Assembly: GCA_025284135.1 (NCBI GenBank)
Contig: GCA_025284135.1_3646.1
Length of the DNA stretch: 64,000 nt
Reading direction: 5' to 3' (one strand)
Source of the DNA: a phage
Below the pieces are notes generated by a model. It saw only the letters and a list, made by a program, of their open reading frames with translations, ran no database searches and was not told the origin of the DNA. The position numbers were made by a program, and so were the translations under genes. This document shows positions 28,136 to 37,713 of the stretch, in pieces (position 1 is the stretch's first letter; every line of letters starts with the position of its first letter).

Positions 28136-31100
28136 TGCCAATTGCAATGATTGATAACATCGTTGCTTCTGCAAGATCTTCAAGTTATGACTGGAACGCA
28201 TCCAAGGCAGCTCTGGCTGACAGCCTGAACACTGTTACCACCAGAACTCTGGATAAGATTTTTGAGGGCAACAAATCTTACAGAAGTCAGCAAGATAGAC
28301 AAAAGCTTCTCAGATCTTCTGCTGCACCCTGCTCTGTAGTGTATGGAAAGACACGCACATCTGGATTGCTTGCGTTTTTGGAGCAGGATAGAGACAAAAC
28401 CCTCCATTGTGCTATTGTTCTTGCCAATCACCCTCTGGAAGGTATAGAAGATATACTTATCGACGGTAATCCGATTTCCTCGTATGGAGATCTGGTATCG
28501 TGGGAGCTACATAACGACAGAAAAACATCTGATCCTTTCATGGGTACACACTGCCCATCATGGTCACCAGACATGATAGGTAGAGGGATCAGTTGGCTAC
28601 GTGCCAGCTTCAGGTTTGACCCTAACAAGTTTCCTTTTGGGTTGCCAAACGTTACACTTGTCAAGGTTGGTAAAAAATGCTATGATCCTCGTATCAGTAA
28701 AGAGGTGTATACCAATAACGCGGCCTTGGTGATTCTGGACTATTTAAGAACGTACCTTAAATGTCCTGACGAAACCATCAACTGGGAGTCCTTCAAGGAG
28801 GCTGCCAACATATGCGATGAGGCGGTAAAAAACGCTGACGGAACCAGTGAGCGCCGTTACACAATTAATGGCGAGTTCGATATGGATGAGGCTCCAGCAA
28901 GTATTATGGCAGAAATGCTGAAAGCTTGTGGAGCAGATCTCAGCTATGTAGCTGGTAAGTATGGTTTGCTGGTCGGTGCATATTATGGTCCGGCAACAAT
29001 GACACTGAGTGAGGATTGTGTCTGCGGTGAGGTAAAGATCTATCCGGAAGCCTCATTTGACAAAAGATCCAACACAATAACTGGCAGATTCACTAGTCCG
29101 ACCAAAGGGTATTCTGAAACAGATTTTCCATCAGTGTTTGTCCCAGAGTGGATAGAGAAGGATGGAGAAAGAAAGATAATCGATATAGACTATCGCTTTG
29201 TTACCAGTCCTTATCAAGCTCAACGTGTTTCTGCAATCTTCCTAAGACGTGCCAGAGCTGGCAGGATTATTGAAGTCACCTGCAATATGCGAGGTTTTAA
29301 ATTTAAGCCTGGCCGTTACGTTACAATGAATCTTCCAAGTATTGGTATAGTAGGCCAAGAAATGAGGGTTCTTGAATGGGAGTTCACCAAAAAGGGTGGT
29401 GTCAAGGTAAAACTTCGTCAAGATGCTAAAGAGTGGAATGATGCCACAGGGCAACTTCCGGATTCTGGTGATGTAGATATTCCGATATCTCCATCTGGTG
29501 TAGCTCAACCGCAAAACTTCAGATACTCCGTCCTCCAAGCTGGGGAAATAACTCACGGTGTTCTGGCTTGGGACAACGTTGGGACTTACGCTCAAAATAT
29601 TGTGCAGGTAAGAAAGAACGGAGAGATTGTTTGGACAGCACAGACAGTTGAGCAGTTTGTCCGAGTAGAAGGCTTGACCAAGGGGTCATACACAGCAACC
29701 GTGGTTGCAACATCTTATAAAGGTGGTGTATCTCCAGAAGCGTACTGCGAGTTTAACATTCAGGCACCTGAAGCTCCTGTTTCTGTAGAGGTTAAGCAGG
29801 GATACTTTGCTATCACCTTGATTCCACACAGCAGGGATTTAGCAAGTGTAAGCACCCAGTATGACTTTTGGACATCTGGTATGACAAGGTTGCCCGACAC
29901 CAGCGATGCAACCGTTACTTCAAACGCCACCCGTATGGGTGTTGGTTCAACTTGGACATCCGAAGGTCTGCAGAACGATAAGGTTTATTATTGGTATATT
30001 CGAACCACAAACGCTTTTGGTAGCTCTCAGTTTGTAGAGTGTGCTGCACGCTGCTATACCTCCATTGAGGATTTGATGCCTCAGATAGATGCTGAATTCA
30101 AAAAGACAGAAACTTATAAAGAGTTGATGAGCACTTTGGATTCCTCTATTGAAGAGGTTGAAAATCGTGTCACAGAACTTAACAGGTACATGGATGGTAG
30201 AGTTGACGAGGCTTTTGACCACATGGAAGGTGAGTTCTCTAGAGTAGACAAGCTGTATGCTCAGTTGGGAGATAGGGTTGGAATATTCATCCAAGAAACC
30301 CACGACAACTTCCAGGACGTTAATGGAACGCTTACCACTCTAGATCAGAAACTGGTAGCCACTCAGAACAAGTTTGCAGATGATCTTTCTAAAGAAAGTG
30401 GCAAGCTTGCTTCTCTAATCCAGACCACTAACAAAGCTACAACCGATCTGTTAAATCAGAAAACTGAAGCTTTGGACGAGAAGATTGTTTCAACCAGGGG
30501 TGAGTTGGAAGATGCTTTAGCGCAGGAAAGCTCTGAGCTGAACTCCCTGATTGTATCAACCAATAAAACGACTACAGATCTCCTTAATCGGAAAACCGAG
30601 GCTTTAGACAATAAGCTGACGGCAACGAAAGGTGAGTTGACCAACAATCTGCAGAATGAGAGTGCTAAACTATCGTCCTTGATTGAGTCAACCAACAAAT
30701 CCACCACTGATCTTCTTAATAAGAAAACAGAGGCGTTGGATGAAAAACTGGTTGCTGCACAGGGCGAGTTGACTGAGCAGATCGGAGATGTTGAAAAAGG
30801 CTATCTGGCTGGTGATAAGAGCCTAGAGGGCAAGTTGAATACTCAAAGATCTGAGTTGGATGCGAGCATTCTGAGCACTAACCAGGCCACTGTGGACTTG
30901 CTGAACAGAACTTCTGAGACTCTTGACCAGAAGATTAGCCAGACCAACGCCACAGTGTCCAAAAACTACACCACGCTTGATGGTAAGATAAACACCGCCA
31001 AGTCTGATCTTAATACGTTGATTTCTACCACCAACAAGGCCACAACTGACCTGTTGAATCAGAAAACGGCAGCTTTGACTGAGCAGTTAACCACTGCTAA

Positions 31101-32280
31101 AGGGCAGATTACAACCAACACCAATAATATTACTGGGTTGGACAATAAGCTGACTCAGACTAAGAAAGATTTGTCTGCGAATATTTCTGAAACTAATAAC
31201 GCCACTGTTGATCTGATTAACGGCACAGCGTCAGCTATTCGTCAAGAACTTGCTGTTGCTAAGCAGGAGATCATTGATGGTGTTGGTGATGTGTCCGAGA
31301 TCAGGGCTGCAGTAGCTACAACAGCTAAGGCTGTAACCGACTTGGAGGGTAAAGTAAGTGCTCAATGGGGCACAAAAATACAGGTAGACTCCGCAGGGAA
31401 TAAATATGTTGCAGGTATCCAGTTGGGGATGGAAGGGTCTGGGGGCCAAGTTCAATCCTACTTCATGGTTAGTGCAAACAATTTTGCGGTATACAACCCT
31501 GGCAATGGAACAGCAACCCTTGCTTTTGCAATCAAGAACAACCAAGCGTTCTTGAAAGACGCTTTTATAGAGAACGGGACGATTTCATCTGCCAAGATCG
31601 CACAAGAAATCTCGTCAAACAACTACGATGGCAACGGGTACCATAAATACGGTTGGTATATTAACAAGAACGGGCACGCCCAATTTATGGATGTGTGGGT
31701 GAAAGGCAACATCAACGCTAGTTCTGGTAACTTCACAGGGGCAGTTAACGCCACTAGTGGTACCTTCCGTGGGGATGTTTATGCCAATAATGGTAGCTTT
31801 AGAGGCACCATAGATGCAACCGGAGGTACCTTCCGTGGTCGTGTAGAAGCTTCTGTTATCCGTGCTAACCAGTTCGAAGGTGCAATTGTTGCGCACAGGA
31901 CTTATGGGGATTGTGCTCCAGTATATAACTCCCGGCAAAGGGTTTGCCGTTGGAGGTGGAGATACGTAGATAACGTTTCAGGTCAGGGTAAGAACGTAAC
32001 ATTCTTCTTTAAACTGAATGGTACTCTTGCCAGCTCCCAGCTCAACGTTTGGATAGCCGGACATCAAATCCTTGCAGGTAAGAAGTACGGAAACGACAAC
32101 AACGGTATGTGTGCGGTAGGGATAACAGGTCTTGGTGAACAAACCATAGATATTGTTGTTGAAATCTACACACCATGGTCAACGTCTTCTGTAACAGGGG
32201 TCGCAATATCCTGTCCTACTGTTGTGGTAAGCCGTTCTAACTCAAGCTTCCAGGGACCTTGGAACGAGTCTCACGACTAA
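28135..32280 (+). CDS. central tail fibre / tip attachment protein, lambda gpJ-like, with inserted coiled-coil repeat array
   Basis: 1381 aa; N-terminal HPLEGIEDILIDGNPIS and AALVILDYLRTYLKCPDETINWESFKEAANICDEAV, FN3-like GYFAITLIPH...YYWYIRTTNAFGSSQFVE, and C-terminal KYVAGIQLGMEGSGGQVQSYFMVSANNFAVYNPGNG...AFLKDAFI all parallel recalled lambda gpJ segments. Confidence 0.75.
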   Translation: MPIAMIDNIVASARSSSYDWNASKAALADSLNTVTTRTLDKIFEGNKSYRSQQDRQKLLRSSAAPCSVVYGKTRTSGLLAFLEQDRDKTLHCAIVLANHPLEGIEDILIDGNPISSYGDLVSWELHNDRKTSDPFMGTHCPSWSPDMIGRGISWLRASFRFDPNKFPFGLPNVTLVKVGKKCYDPRISKEVYTNNAALVILDYLRTYLKCPDETINWESFKEAANICDEAVKNADGTSERRYTINGEFDMDEAPASIMAEMLKACGADLSYVAGKYGLLVGAYYGPATMTLSEDCVCGEVKIYPEASFDKRSNTITGRFTSPTKGYSETDFPSVFVPEWIEKDGERKIIDIDYRFVTSPYQAQRVSAIFLRRARAGRIIEVTCNMRGFKFKPGRYVTMNLPSIGIVGQEMRVLEWEFTKKGGVKVKLRQDAKEWNDATGQLPDSGDVDIPISPSGVAQPQNFRYSVLQAGEITHGVLAWDNVGTYAQNIVQVRKNGEIVWTAQTVEQFVRVEGLTKGSYTATVVATSYKGGVSPEAYCEFNIQAPEAPVSVEVKQGYFAITLIPHSRDLASVSTQYDFWTSGMTRLPDTSDATVTSNATRMGVGSTWTSEGLQNDKVYYWYIRTTNAFGSSQFVECAARCYTSIEDLMPQIDAEFKKTETYKELMSTLDSSIEEVENRVTELNRYMDGRVDEAFDHMEGEFSRVDKLYAQLGDRVGIFIQETHDNFQDVNGTLTTLDQKLVATQNKFADDLSKESGKLASLIQTTNKATTDLLNQKTEALDEKIVSTRGELEDALAQESSELNSLIVSTNKTTTDLLNRKTEALDNKLTATKGELTNNLQNESAKLSSLIESTNKSTTDLLNKKTEALDEKLVAAQGELTEQIGDVEKGYLAGDKSLEGKLNTQRSELDASILSTNQATVDLLNRTSETLDQKISQTNATVSKNYTTLDGKINTAKSDLNTLISTTNKATTDLLNQKTAALTEQLTTAKGQITTNTNNITGLDNKLTQTKKDLSANISETNNATVDLINGTASAIRQELAVAKQEIIDGVGDVSEIRAAVATTAKAVTDLEGKVSAQWGTKIQVDSAGNKYVAGIQLGMEGSGGQVQSYFMVSANNFAVYNPGNGTATLAFAIKNNQAFLKDAFIENGTISSAKIAQEISSNNYDGNGYHKYGWYINKNGHAQFMDVWVKGNINASSGNFTGAVNATSGTFRGDVYANNGSFRGTIDATGGTFRGRVEASVIRANQFEGAIVAHRTYGDCAPVYNSRQRVCRWRWRYVDNVSGQGKNVTFFFKLNGTLASSQLNVWIAGHQILAGKKYGNDNNGMCAVGITGLGEQTIDIVVEIYTPWSTSSVTGVAISCPTVVVSRSNSSFQGPWNESHD
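30394..31266 (+). repeat. in-frame array of ~6 diverged ~132-nt (44-aa) coiled-coil repeats inside J-like gene
   Basis: Protein repeats of the form ES(G/S/A)KL(A/N/S)SLIxSTNKxTTDLLNxKTEALDxKL; first three units exactly 132 nt apart (30394, 30526, 30658); DNA diverged mostly at synonymous positions. Confidence 0.7.
31720..31851 (+). repeat. four tandem 33-nt (11-aa) Gly-rich repeats inside J-like gene
   Basis: SSGNFTGAVNA / TSGTFRGDVYA / NNGSFRGTIDA / TGGTFRGRVEA. Confidence 0.7.
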
Positions 32281-32286
32281 CCTTTA

Positions 32287-32315
32287 AAGCCCCGCTTCGG
32301 CGGGGTTTATTTTTA
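32287..32315 (+). terminator. intrinsic terminator (UUCG tetraloop)
   Basis: CCCCGC-TTCG-GCGGGG followed by TTTATTTTTAT. Confidence 0.8.
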
Positions 32316-32323
32316 TGCTCAGA

Positions 32324-32352
32324 TTGACTATTGTTACAAAATTTGGTAAAAT
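32324..32352 (+). promoter_or_regulatory. sigma70-type promoter, extended -10 (TTGACT-N17-TGgTAAAAT)
   Basis: Hexamers with 17-nt spacer directly after terminator. Confidence 0.55.
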
Positions 32353-32385
32353 ACCTTGTAGAGATTTTCATACCGGAGGAGTGAC

Positions 32386-33876
32386 GTGGCTAAGTATGGA
32401 TTGACAGAGGCTGGTTTCGTTATACCAACCCTAAATGACCTAATCGTTGAAACTAAGCAAAGCCTGATCCGTGCTTTTGGCGAAAACTTCAACGTACAGA
32501 GTAACTCCGTTGCAGATAAGCTGACCACTATCTTCAACGAGCGAGAGTATCAACTTATTCTTATGGCAGCATCTGTATATGCATCACAGACGCTGTATGG
32601 GGCAGAAGGTATTTACCTAGATGAGCTTCTTGGAAGACAGGGTATTTACCGAAGAGGCCGTTCTAAATCATCAGGTACCTGCCAGTTGACAATCAACACA
32701 ACTGTGCCGTACAATATGATTTATGATTCCAAAACTTATACGCTGGACAGTGGCAACTTTGTTCTTAGCAACGATGTGCAAGTAGCAGGGAATCTTATTG
32801 CTCACAGAATAAATGCTCCAGACCTAAGGATTGGGAAATACAACTTCCAAATTACCAACCAGACAGATGGAAGTATCAAAACAAAAAGCCTGGTTTTAAC
32901 AGATAAGTCTCTGGACTCTTCTGATTTGCCAAGCTTTTACGGAGAGATTAAGCAATTCATTGTCGATAATACAACTCTGTTGAACGACGATTTGATTCAA
33001 ATCGATATGTTGACAGGAACGTTGTGGATAGGGTACAATTCGAATCTTGATCAGGTTGGACTTAATAGTAGGGTAGATTTCAGAGTATCCCCGATTGTAG
33101 GGGAAAGAACTATCACTCTAGATGTTATCGCTAACGAGGCTGGTGAGCTGTCAAGGGAGGCAGAAACCGTGACAACAATGTCGCCTACCCCCAGCGGATT
33201 TATTAAGCTTACCAACCGAGAAAGATTCAATGAGGGAAGGGATGTTGAAAAAGACTCAGAGTATCGCTTAAGAGCTTCCAGCACAAAACAGTTAACATCG
33301 AAGGCTACCCGTCCTGCAATCCTTAGCGCTGTAAGCGAGGTAAAAGGTGTTGAGAAAGTGAGAGTGTTCTCCAACAACACCGATAAAACTGATGCTAAAG
33401 GTATACCTCCTTACAAGTTCCAAGTGGTTGTGTTTGGTGGTGCAACGGAGGACATTTGCCAAGCACTTTACCAAACTATAGCCTGTACGAACAGGACTTA
33501 TGGTAATATTTTCTACGATATCGCTACATCTGACGGTCAAACTGAAAGAATTTATTACTCCAGGGCAAATACCTACCGCCTAGATGTAAGAATTACCTAT
33601 TCCGGCGCTGCGCTTTCCACAACCGAAAAAGATGCCATTGTAGAGGCTCTTTTGCAGGTTGTTAACGGACTTGATGTTGCAGATACGTTGTACAATATCC
33701 AATTGGTCGGTGCTGCATCCGCTGCTGTGTCGATAGGTAGATTTAATAGACTGGTAATTCAAGTTAAACCAGTAGGAGCTTCTGATGAAGCTTACACGAC
33801 AAACGATATTGTTGCGAACATGACCGAGGTGTTTGACCTCGACGAAAGTAATATAACTTTCCAACAAACTATTTAA
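32386..33876 (+). CDS. baseplate wedge protein, Baseplate_J-like (P2 gpJ / Mu gp47-like, putative)
   Basis: 496 aa; GTG start with GGAGG SD; DSEYRLRA motif matching the D-x-D-Y-R-L-R signature recalled from P2 gpJ, followed by alternating beta-strand-like segments. Confidence 0.5.
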   Translation: MAKYGLTEAGFVIPTLNDLIVETKQSLIRAFGENFNVQSNSVADKLTTIFNEREYQLILMAASVYASQTLYGAEGIYLDELLGRQGIYRRGRSKSSGTCQLTINTTVPYNMIYDSKTYTLDSGNFVLSNDVQVAGNLIAHRINAPDLRIGKYNFQITNQTDGSIKTKSLVLTDKSLDSSDLPSFYGEIKQFIVDNTTLLNDDLIQIDMLTGTLWIGYNSNLDQVGLNSRVDFRVSPIVGERTITLDVIANEAGELSREAETVTTMSPTPSGFIKLTNRERFNEGRDVEKDSEYRLRASSTKQLTSKATRPAILSAVSEVKGVEKVRVFSNNTDKTDAKGIPPYKFQVVVFGGATEDICQALYQTIACTNRTYGNIFYDIATSDGQTERIYYSRANTYRLDVRITYSGAALSTTEKDAIVEALLQVVNGLDVADTLYNIQLVGAASAAVSIGRFNRLVIQVKPVGASDEAYTTNDIVANMTEVFDLDESNITFQQTI

Positions 33877-33887
33877 GGCGGCGAGAT

Positions 33888-34574
33888 ATGGCAGAGATTA
33901 AGTCGGATGTTAACCACATCCACACTCTGCCAGATTTTGTTCAGGGAGGTCTTGACTACCTACCTGGAGATTTTCTGGCTGAGAAGGTTAATTTAGTCAC
34001 ATTCTTAACCGTATACCTTAAAAGGTTGGAGGATGTTGATAAGATGCTGGTAGGTTTGGCTGAAGGAAGATTGCTTAACAATGCCAGCGGAAGATACCTT
34101 GACGAAGTTGGTAATCAACTTGGTATTCTTAGGAATGGACTTTCAGATGCTGATTTTCGTGCCACACTAATTATTCAGCAGGCCGCAGCATCAAGGGGCG
34201 GGACTCGCGAAGATGTCATCTCCACCTTGCGACAATTGTTCGGAAGAGACAATTTCGATACGTGGAAAGGAGACAACTTCAGGTTTGACATAAATATTAG
34301 AAAAACTTGCTTTGACATATTGCAGTCTATCGATCAGATCTTAGATATGCTACCATTACCTTGTCATTTGCGTCTTACAGAATCGCAAGGGCAAGCTTTT
34401 GGTTTTGAAGGGGACTCTACAGCTCTTGGCTTCGGATCAGTGTGGGAAGAAAACCAATTCGGAGTTGGTGGGCTGGCTACTTTGCTATATGTTCCTGACG
34501 TAAGACCTGATTGGGACACCACAACCATTTATTGTGAAAGTATTACAGTAAACGCAACTAGACAGGAGGGTTAA
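33888..34574 (+). CDS. baseplate protein, XkdU / P2 gpI-like (putative)
   Basis: 228 aa; N-terminal YLPGDFLAEKVNLVTFLTVYLKRLEDVDKMLVGLAEGRLL resembles the tail protein I/XkdU family motif; position directly after J-like wedge gene. Confidence 0.45.
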   Translation: MAEIKSDVNHIHTLPDFVQGGLDYLPGDFLAEKVNLVTFLTVYLKRLEDVDKMLVGLAEGRLLNNASGRYLDEVGNQLGILRNGLSDADFRATLIIQQAAASRGGTREDVISTLRQLFGRDNFDTWKGDNFRFDINIRKTCFDILQSIDQILDMLPLPCHLRLTESQGQAFGFEGDSTALGFGSVWEENQFGVGGLATLLYVPDVRPDWDTTTIYCESITVNATRQEG

Positions 34575-36646
34575 TGGCAACAGCTGTTTTTAAACCTTAC
34601 CGTGATTACTCTACAATGGCTGCACAGTTTCATTACCGAACAGTTCAGGATACTGCCGTTCCTGGTAGGGATTATAATCATGTTGAGGGCGATGTAACTA
34701 TCCCAATTGGGGCAACCAGTATTGAAATCCCAGTGGAAATTGTTGACAAATTACCCAACAGGTTACCAAGAAGCTTCTTTATGGAGTTTTCATCAAAATC
34801 TCAAGGGGTGATGATTGGGACACAAAGGGCAAAATGTACAATAGTTTCAGATGAGAATCTTGACAGGATATCTTGGGATACTGTTGAGGAGAGAATGTTT
34901 CACCCAAGATATTGGGTTACAAATACTCAGCAGACTGAAAGTACCTGTATTGTTGCAGATGACAACTGTTGTATTAACCGTTTAGTGTCAAGAACATATG
35001 GAGGTATGGCTGGGTGCATTTGGGAAACAGTTGACAAGTATGACCATTTCGGTATTGGGTTTGATGATCACTATGAGATGAGAAACACCAAGCTTTGGTT
35101 CAGAATGTCAATAACCAATGCCAGCAACTTCTCCACCCCTGAAAAGATGATTATGACTGTAGACCTTGTCGATGGCACAATCATCTATGTTCCTTTAGCT
35201 CAATATGCTGTCAGCATCTCAGAGGATAAGAATGTTGCAGAAATTCATATTGATTTTGAGGACTGCGTCGGGATGGACCAGAACAACAACATGATGGGTG
35301 TTGATCCTCGGCAGGTTAGAAGGATTTTAATACCACTCATGCCTAAAGACTGGGTAAGTAATAGCACAGACCCGAGAACGGAAAATGTAGAGTGTGAGTT
35401 GCGCCTAGATTTGCTTCAGCCAGACACAGGCTGGAAAATGATGCAACTTAACAATATTCAGGTGAGAGAGCACGACGTTGGGATCTGCACCGCATATGAC
35501 GATATGTGGAACGTATCCCCTTTAAGGGTGTTGAACAATATCAAGCGTCTGGGCTATACCGGAACCATAAACCATTATGTTGGTATGAGTCATTATTATG
35601 ACTACACATGGTCAGGAACTCAATGGTCTATAAACAGAACAGGAGCGCTAAACGCTGCAGCTTATAAATGGCATGATGATTTTATGTACAATGCCAAACG
35701 ACATAACTTCGACGTTATGCAATCTGTAAGTTTTGAGCTTTTCAGCGATGCCTGCCCGTTGGAATGGACCCAAAGAGACTGGAACGATAACTACGCTAAA
35801 ACAGGGTATACACCTTGTAGCTACCTCCTGTCTCCAACCATTGAAGAGGGTATGAATTTCCTTACTGCAGTATTTAAGAATTTTGCATCAGCCGCTATGA
35901 GAAACAACCTGCCAGTGATTATGCAGGTTGGTGAACCGTGGTGGTGGTACAATACCGATACTCGTAGACCTTGTATTTATGATTACCCTACAAAACAGGC
36001 GTTTTATGATGAGACAGGCGAGTATGCATTAGATATTGGGACTATTGACGATCCTAAAACTGGCGGTGTTTACGATAAGTATGTAGCATTTTGTCGTGGT
36101 AAGCTTGGCGCTCGTATTGCGGCTATTTCAAAGGCAATAAAGGCACACGCTGCATCAGCTCAGATGACAGCTCTGCTGTTTTTCCCAACCATTATGGAAA
36201 CCGAGCTTACGCAAAAGCTTAACCTTGCTGACCAATATAAAAAGGAAGCAGGTGCTCTTGATTTCTTCTGCACCGAGTGCTACGATTGGGTGATGCAGGG
36301 AGGTATTGAAAAGGCAAAAGAGTCTGTAAACATACCTATCGTTAAGTTAGGTTGGCAACCGTCTGAAATACAATACCTTGCAGGGTTCGTTCCTAGTAAA
36401 GAGCTTGCTCCGGTATATGGCTACGACCCAACCAGGAATTACCAAGAATTTTTATGGAGATGTATTTGCGGAAACATGGCAACTATAGAGTATAGATACC
36501 CTGAGGTAAAACAGTATGTGTGGGCATACCCGCAAGTAATGTCTGACAGCATCACTGTTACCGCTAGAGATTCTACCGTGCTTCATATGGGGCAGGTTGC
36601 TCTGAAAGGGTATGTAGAAGATGTTGTCCCGCCAGACTTCTCATAA
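34574..36646 (+). CDS. baseplate-associated protein with N-terminal Calx-beta-like segment
   Basis: 690 aa; N-terminal AVPGRDYNHVEGDVTIPIGATSIEIPVEIVD resembles the Calx-beta motif; Trp/Tyr-rich remainder; function unknown. Confidence 0.3.
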   Translation: MATAVFKPYRDYSTMAAQFHYRTVQDTAVPGRDYNHVEGDVTIPIGATSIEIPVEIVDKLPNRLPRSFFMEFSSKSQGVMIGTQRAKCTIVSDENLDRISWDTVEERMFHPRYWVTNTQQTESTCIVADDNCCINRLVSRTYGGMAGCIWETVDKYDHFGIGFDDHYEMRNTKLWFRMSITNASNFSTPEKMIMTVDLVDGTIIYVPLAQYAVSISEDKNVAEIHIDFEDCVGMDQNNNMMGVDPRQVRRILIPLMPKDWVSNSTDPRTENVECELRLDLLQPDTGWKMMQLNNIQVREHDVGICTAYDDMWNVSPLRVLNNIKRLGYTGTINHYVGMSHYYDYTWSGTQWSINRTGALNAAAYKWHDDFMYNAKRHNFDVMQSVSFELFSDACPLEWTQRDWNDNYAKTGYTPCSYLLSPTIEEGMNFLTAVFKNFASAAMRNNLPVIMQVGEPWWWYNTDTRRPCIYDYPTKQAFYDETGEYALDIGTIDDPKTGGVYDKYVAFCRGKLGARIAAISKAIKAHAASAQMTALLFFPTIMETELTQKLNLADQYKKEAGALDFFCTECYDWVMQGGIEKAKESVNIPIVKLGWQPSEIQYLAGFVPSKELAPVYGYDPTRNYQEFLWRCICGNMATIEYRYPEVKQYVWAYPQVMSDSITVTARDSTVLHMGQVALKGYVEDVVPPDFS

Positions 36647-36658
36647 TCAGGAGATAAA

Positions 36659-37699
36659 ATGTCAAAACCTAGTTTTCCATTAGAGATTTGGGCAGAGGAG
36701 GATCAGGTTCTGCCTAACACCCACAGACAGAACAGGCTACGCCCGATTGATGATTTGTGGAGAAAAGGTTGGGATCTTGGTCAAAAGCCCTCATGTGAAG
36801 AACTTAACTATATTTTCAATATGCTCGGAACTTGGGCAAAATACATTGCTGACGAGCAGATCCCCGCTCAAGAAGGCCGTTATCTGGTACGTGATAATAA
36901 CTTGAGTGATCTTTTGAACATCCCTGTTGCCCGTAGAAACCTTGGGATTATTACCAAGGAAGAGGCAGACGCCAGGTATGTAAAAGTTACAGGTGATACA
37001 ATGACAGGCCCATTGGGTTTGCAACGTATCAACTTTAAGGCTGCCGAGACAGATAAGGCTTGGATAGAGACAACTATTGGCCCAGATAAGACAACTCTCG
37101 ACTTCGGGTTAAGTGATAATATTGGGTCGTTTGATGATGGTGGTACATCTACAGTAGATGCGTTTCGTTGGAGATTCCAGCCAACTCAGCCGGATATTAA
37201 TCCAGAGTTCACTTTGATGTACCTTAACGCGATCACGGCGAACCGTGCGCTGTTGAAAGTGGTAGGCAATGTTGAAGTTGTCGATAACATGAGGTGCAAT
37301 AACCTTACTATCAGCAATACAGCAACATTCACCAACTGTAATGTGGCTAGTCAGTTGACGGCTGGGTCAGTATATGTTAATGGTGGTGCAAGTTGTGACA
37401 GCATGGTTGTAAGAAGTCAGCACTGTGTTGTCGGTAACAGAAATGTGGTTCGCTCTGTGAACGGAGTGACGGCTAACGGTAACGGTGATGTAACGATCAC
37501 TATCCCGCAGACAGGTGTGCAAGACATCAGAATCGGTGCAAGACTTGTTGACGGCGTTTCTGAATCTCCAATTCGCAACGGCTACGTTGTCACAGGCTGG
37601 CATTTCGGTGACAAAAAAGAGATGCGTGGTTCAACCTACTGGGCAGGACCTTTACAAAAACTTGTAAATGGTCAATGGATCACTGTTAATTATGCATAG
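36659..37699 (+). CDS. tail fibre protein (P2 gpH / Mu S-type C-terminus), paralog A
   Basis: 346 aa; C-terminus YWAGPLQKLVNGQWITVNYA parallels P2 gpH C-terminus (...RPIQKYINGTWYNVAQV); followed by a Tfa-type chaperone gene; paralog at 38714. Confidence 0.7.
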   Translation: MSKPSFPLEIWAEEDQVLPNTHRQNRLRPIDDLWRKGWDLGQKPSCEELNYIFNMLGTWAKYIADEQIPAQEGRYLVRDNNLSDLLNIPVARRNLGIITKEEADARYVKVTGDTMTGPLGLQRINFKAAETDKAWIETTIGPDKTTLDFGLSDNIGSFDDGGTSTVDAFRWRFQPTQPDINPEFTLMYLNAITANRALLKVVGNVEVVDNMRCNNLTISNTATFTNCNVASQLTAGSVYVNGGASCDSMVVRSQHCVVGNRNVVRSVNGVTANGNGDVTITIPQTGVQDIRIGARLVDGVSESPIRNGYVVTGWHFGDKKEMRGSTYWAGPLQKLVNGQWITVNYA

Positions 37700-37713
37700 A
37701 TCGGAGGACTAGC

